A stretch of DNA of 64,000 nucleotides from Eledone cirrhosa. Lineage: Eukaryota. Shown here in pieces: positions 60,751-64,000 of the stretch (positions are counted from its first letter, which is position 1; each line of letters begins with the position of its first letter). The notes below the pieces were generated by a model, which saw only the letters and a list, made by a program, of their open reading frames with translations, ran no database searches and was not told where the DNA came from. Both the position numbers and the translations under genes were made by a program. Where the stretch lies: the NCBI GenBank assembly GCA_964016885.1, contig OZ024743.1, forward strand, positions 268,584,001 through 268,648,000. The letters run 5' to 3'.

Positions 60751-61099
60751 TCGATGCAATTCAGCTATCAGTAACACACGTCCACTTGATTATAAGTAGT
60801 TCAGCACAAAGTAAGTATACTCTACGGCCATGAAGTTAGCAAATGACATTGACCAAATTATTTATACATATAAGATTTAACATTAGATGAATTCGGCAAA
60901 AATATTCTTTTAGACACCCAGAGGAAAGAAACACCAGCTTTCTATTATAGTATGTTAGCAGATGGAACATTTTGGCAGTAACTTGTCAAACTTTAATTTT
61001 GTAGATATTTATCTTGTTGCGTGTGAATCTGAGAAAATTCTTAATATTGATGTCTCTTCACAAAAGAATTCTAACAAGAATGGTTCATTTCTAAAGGGT

Positions 61100-61194
61100 T
61101 TTACCAAAAGAAATCTCTTATTTTACAGAAACTTACTTCGCCTAGAATCTAGGCGAAGTAAGTTTCTGTAAAATAAGAAATTTCTTTTGGTAAA
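61100..61194. repeat. 95-bp near-perfect palindrome
   Basis: TTTACCAAAAGAAAT...CGCCTAGA-A-TCTAGGCG...TTTCTTTTGGTAAA, centre 61147. Confidence 0.9.
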
Positions 61195-61395
61195 TTCTCA
61201 ACGGGGGGGGGGATATGCCCCCCGGGGGGCGTTTCGTAGCTCCAGGGGTGCCTTATGCAGTAAGAGGGCGTTACGGGGGCGTTATGCAGTGAGGGGGGGG
61301 GGGGGGGGCATTTGAAACTTTGAGGGCGCTAGAAGCCCCTTTAGTTTGGTAAGTTTTATCAGTCATATTTGTACGTCTCTTAGACAGCCAGTGAT
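61195..61395 (+). mobile_element. hAT 5'-end fragment
   Basis: TTCTCAACGGGG...ATATGC...GGGGGCGTTT...TTTGGTAAGTTTTAT...AGACAGCCAGTG is homologous to 5393-5532. Confidence 0.7.
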
Positions 61396-62039
61396 TTGAA
61401 TGAAGAAAACAAAGAAAATAAATTAAAGAAGCTTGTCAATGAATTCCCTAGGGAGATAAAAGAAAATCAAAAGAAATCAAAGGGAATGAAAGTAAGGACT
61501 ACTTCAACAGAAATTACAAGAAGAAGCAATGGTGGTGAACATACACACACATAGATACATACATACACATACACATATATACACATATATACACACACAC
61601 ACACATATATACACACACAGGCCGGCGTTAGTGTTTGATGAAGTTGAGAACCCGGTCAACTTTCAGCCAGAAGTGTGGTATTTAATCTCCCTAGGTTACA
61701 AAATCTGGCGACAAATATTTTCTCCTTACCAAAAAAAGAAGACATAGATCATTTCAACATCCTTACACACTTAAATATAAATGTATGTATATATACAAAT
61801 GTATAAATGCATAGCTATATACATACATAAATATATGTATATAGATGTATGTATGTAGATTTATATATATAAATATATGTATGTATGTATGTATGTAGAT
61901 TTATATATATATATATATATATATAAATCTACATACATATATATATATATAAATATACATACATACATATATATATATATAAATATACATACATACATAT
62001 ATTGATATATATAAATATATACATATATATATATATATA

Positions 62040-63436
62040 TTCAGGTTTGAGGTTCACCACTGTATAGAGCTGGTCTATTCCGTATGGTCAATCGTAATGC
62101 AATAATATAGAGAGTACTCAACGTAAGGCAGTTCAACCGTCTTTGTTTTTGTAGTTGGTGGTGCTATTACGGAGTTAAATATTATAATGAAATGACAGGA
62201 GGCTGGATTTGTGTAAATCCTTGAAAGGTTTATTATACTATGATCATTTCAATGACCGGGTTCCGTATGAATCCGGTGATATCACATTGGGACCTGTACC
62301 CATTAGCACACGACATTAGAATGTCTCCTCCTGAGAACAAAAATAAATATTACACGACTATATCCCGTACTCTACATCCCACTAGGATAAATTACAGATC
62401 TACATAATACAATTAACGTTTCTTCATAAAAGACTCTATTTAATTAAACCCCGCAACCCAAAACCTCATAGAAGTTATTTGAATGTTTAATCTTCAATTT
62501 TCTGTTTGTTCAATTCTCAATCTTCTTACTCTTTAGTTTTATAATGTTATTCTGAATTCTTTCAACTTCATCCGATAAAGTTAAGCAATATTTTAGAGTT
62601 CCAACTTTCTGTCGGACTGTTGGGTGGGTTTTAATGGCGGCGAGACCGGCCCCCTGGCGCACGAGCTTACCTGGAGTGCTTGGAAAAATAAATTTCCCCT
62701 TCTTTCGGTAAATGAAAATACTCGGCGTAGCTTAATTCGCCATGGGGCCCGGGGCGCGGCCGGTGTTTTAACCGCCATATAGTACCTTTAAATTACAGAA
62801 CAAATCGGAACTATTAGATATATCAACCTGAAAACATTAAACTGTTGAACTTTAAATTTTCTAACCTCTTTAATATTGAATATTGATTGTTAATTTTTTA
62901 ACTTCATCCTATAAGTCCTTACTTTTCTACTTCTTTCTTCTCTTCCTTCTCTTCTCCCCTCTTCCTGTCTTCCTCCCGCAGACTTATCTTCCTTCCCCCT
63001 CTTGCTTGCCTATATCTGACGGTAGTAGTTGCCTTTCTTCTTTTAGCTGACATTAACCCTGGCTTCTCTTCTTCTTTCTTCCCCCTTCTTCTCTCTCCTT
63101 CCTTTCTTTCTTTCTTTTACCTTGTGTCATGAGATTGACGCTAACTTATGTTTCCATCCCTTTCTGTTTTCGTTTATCTGACCGGTAGTAGCATACTATA
63201 AACTTTAGCCAAGTCACTCGAGAGCGACCGGCTGAGGTTGAAGGAACAGAATAGCGGTCGCCCTCGGGTCCTCGATTTTCAGCCCCATGGATTTTATCTA
63301 TTACATTCACGTATTATATTTCGAATACCTAATGATATCACCGGATTCATACGGAACTCGGTCATTGAAATGATCATAGTATAATAAACCTTTCAAGGAT
63401 TTACACAAATCCAGCCTCCTGACATTTCATTATAAT
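62040..63436 (+). mobile_element. PLE-like element with inverted pseudo-LTR, structured 3' region and hammerhead
   Basis: 62182-62285 is the reverse complement of 63333-63436. (TA)n flanks. Confidence 0.7.
63325..63382 (+). ncRNA. Type-I hammerhead relic (one core substitution)
   Basis: ATAC CTAATGA TATCACCG...CGGTCATT GAAA TGATCA TA GTAT. Stem I ATAC/GTAT, palindromic stem III, and CTAATGA in place of CTGATGA. Confidence 0.65.
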
Positions 63437-63466
63437 TATATATATATATATACATATAAATCTACA

Positions 63467-63502
<36 letters not shown>

Positions 63503-63669
63503 TATATATAAATCTACATACATACATATATATACATACCTTTACGTATGTATATAGCTATGCATTTATACATTTGTATATATATACATGCATTTATATT
63601 TAAGTGTGTAAGGTTATATATATATATATATATATATATGTTTGTGTGTGTGTATAATATATATATTAT

Positions 63670-63746
<77 letters not shown>

Positions 63747-63750
<4 letters not shown>

Positions 63751-63952
63751 GTGTGACAAGAAGCTTGTTTCCCAACCACATATTTCCGGGTTCAGTCCCA
63801 CTGCCCGAGCCGACCAAAGCCCTGTGAGTGGATTTGATAGATCGAAACTAAAAGAAGCTCGTCGTATATATGTATATATGTCTGTGTGTGTCTTTGCGTT
63901 TGTGTTTGCCCACCCACCAATGCTTGTTGGTTTGTTGACGTCCCCATAACTT
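63747..63952 (+). mobile_element. Octopus-type SINE, partial
   Basis: AAGAAGCTTGTTTCCCAACCAC...GGGTTCAGTCCCACTGC...CCGACCAAAGCCCTGTGAGTGGATTTG...AAAGAAGCTCGTCGTATATA, with B-box-like GGTTCAGTCC. Confidence 0.6.
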
Positions 63953-64000
63953 ACCAAGGTCATGCTCCAGTGTGGGCGTAGTCCAGAGACAAAAAAAAAG

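Noticed and set aside
62286-62500. GIY-YIG C-terminal coding relic
   Set aside because: Only weak resemblance across several frameshifts; not callable without a profile search.

Overview
Gene-poor, AT-rich animal genomic DNA, probably cephalopod (Octopus-like); this is inferred from the SINE families and the extreme (TA)n/(CA)n/(CATA)n density. No host protein-coding gene can be supported, and most ORFs in the track are microsatellite read-through. The window holds a near full-length R4/Dong-like REL-endonuclease LINE in (CATA)n (about 16.0-20.1 kb) and a full-length but decayed Tx1/L1 element with a 16-bp TSD (25.45-31.29 kb). It also holds a Charlie-like hAT relic, a mariner-like MITE, RTE fragments (one with a twin-priming-type 5' inversion and a 10-bp TSD), tRNA-derived SINEs, and a 1047-bp tandem duplication built from an RTE-derived short element plus an R4-like 3' end. 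The most notable signal is a set of short non-coding elements from at least seven unrelated families, nearly all inserted in (TA)n. They carry minimal type-I hammerhead ribozyme motifs with palindromic stem III and occur as fold-back (inverted) duplications. In several copies the inversion point maps to the ribozyme's stem II or core. One family shows a circularly permuted ~0.5-kb monomer, as expected for a retrozyme. Penelope-like GIY-YIG/RT relics in the same window are the plausible mobilising partners.
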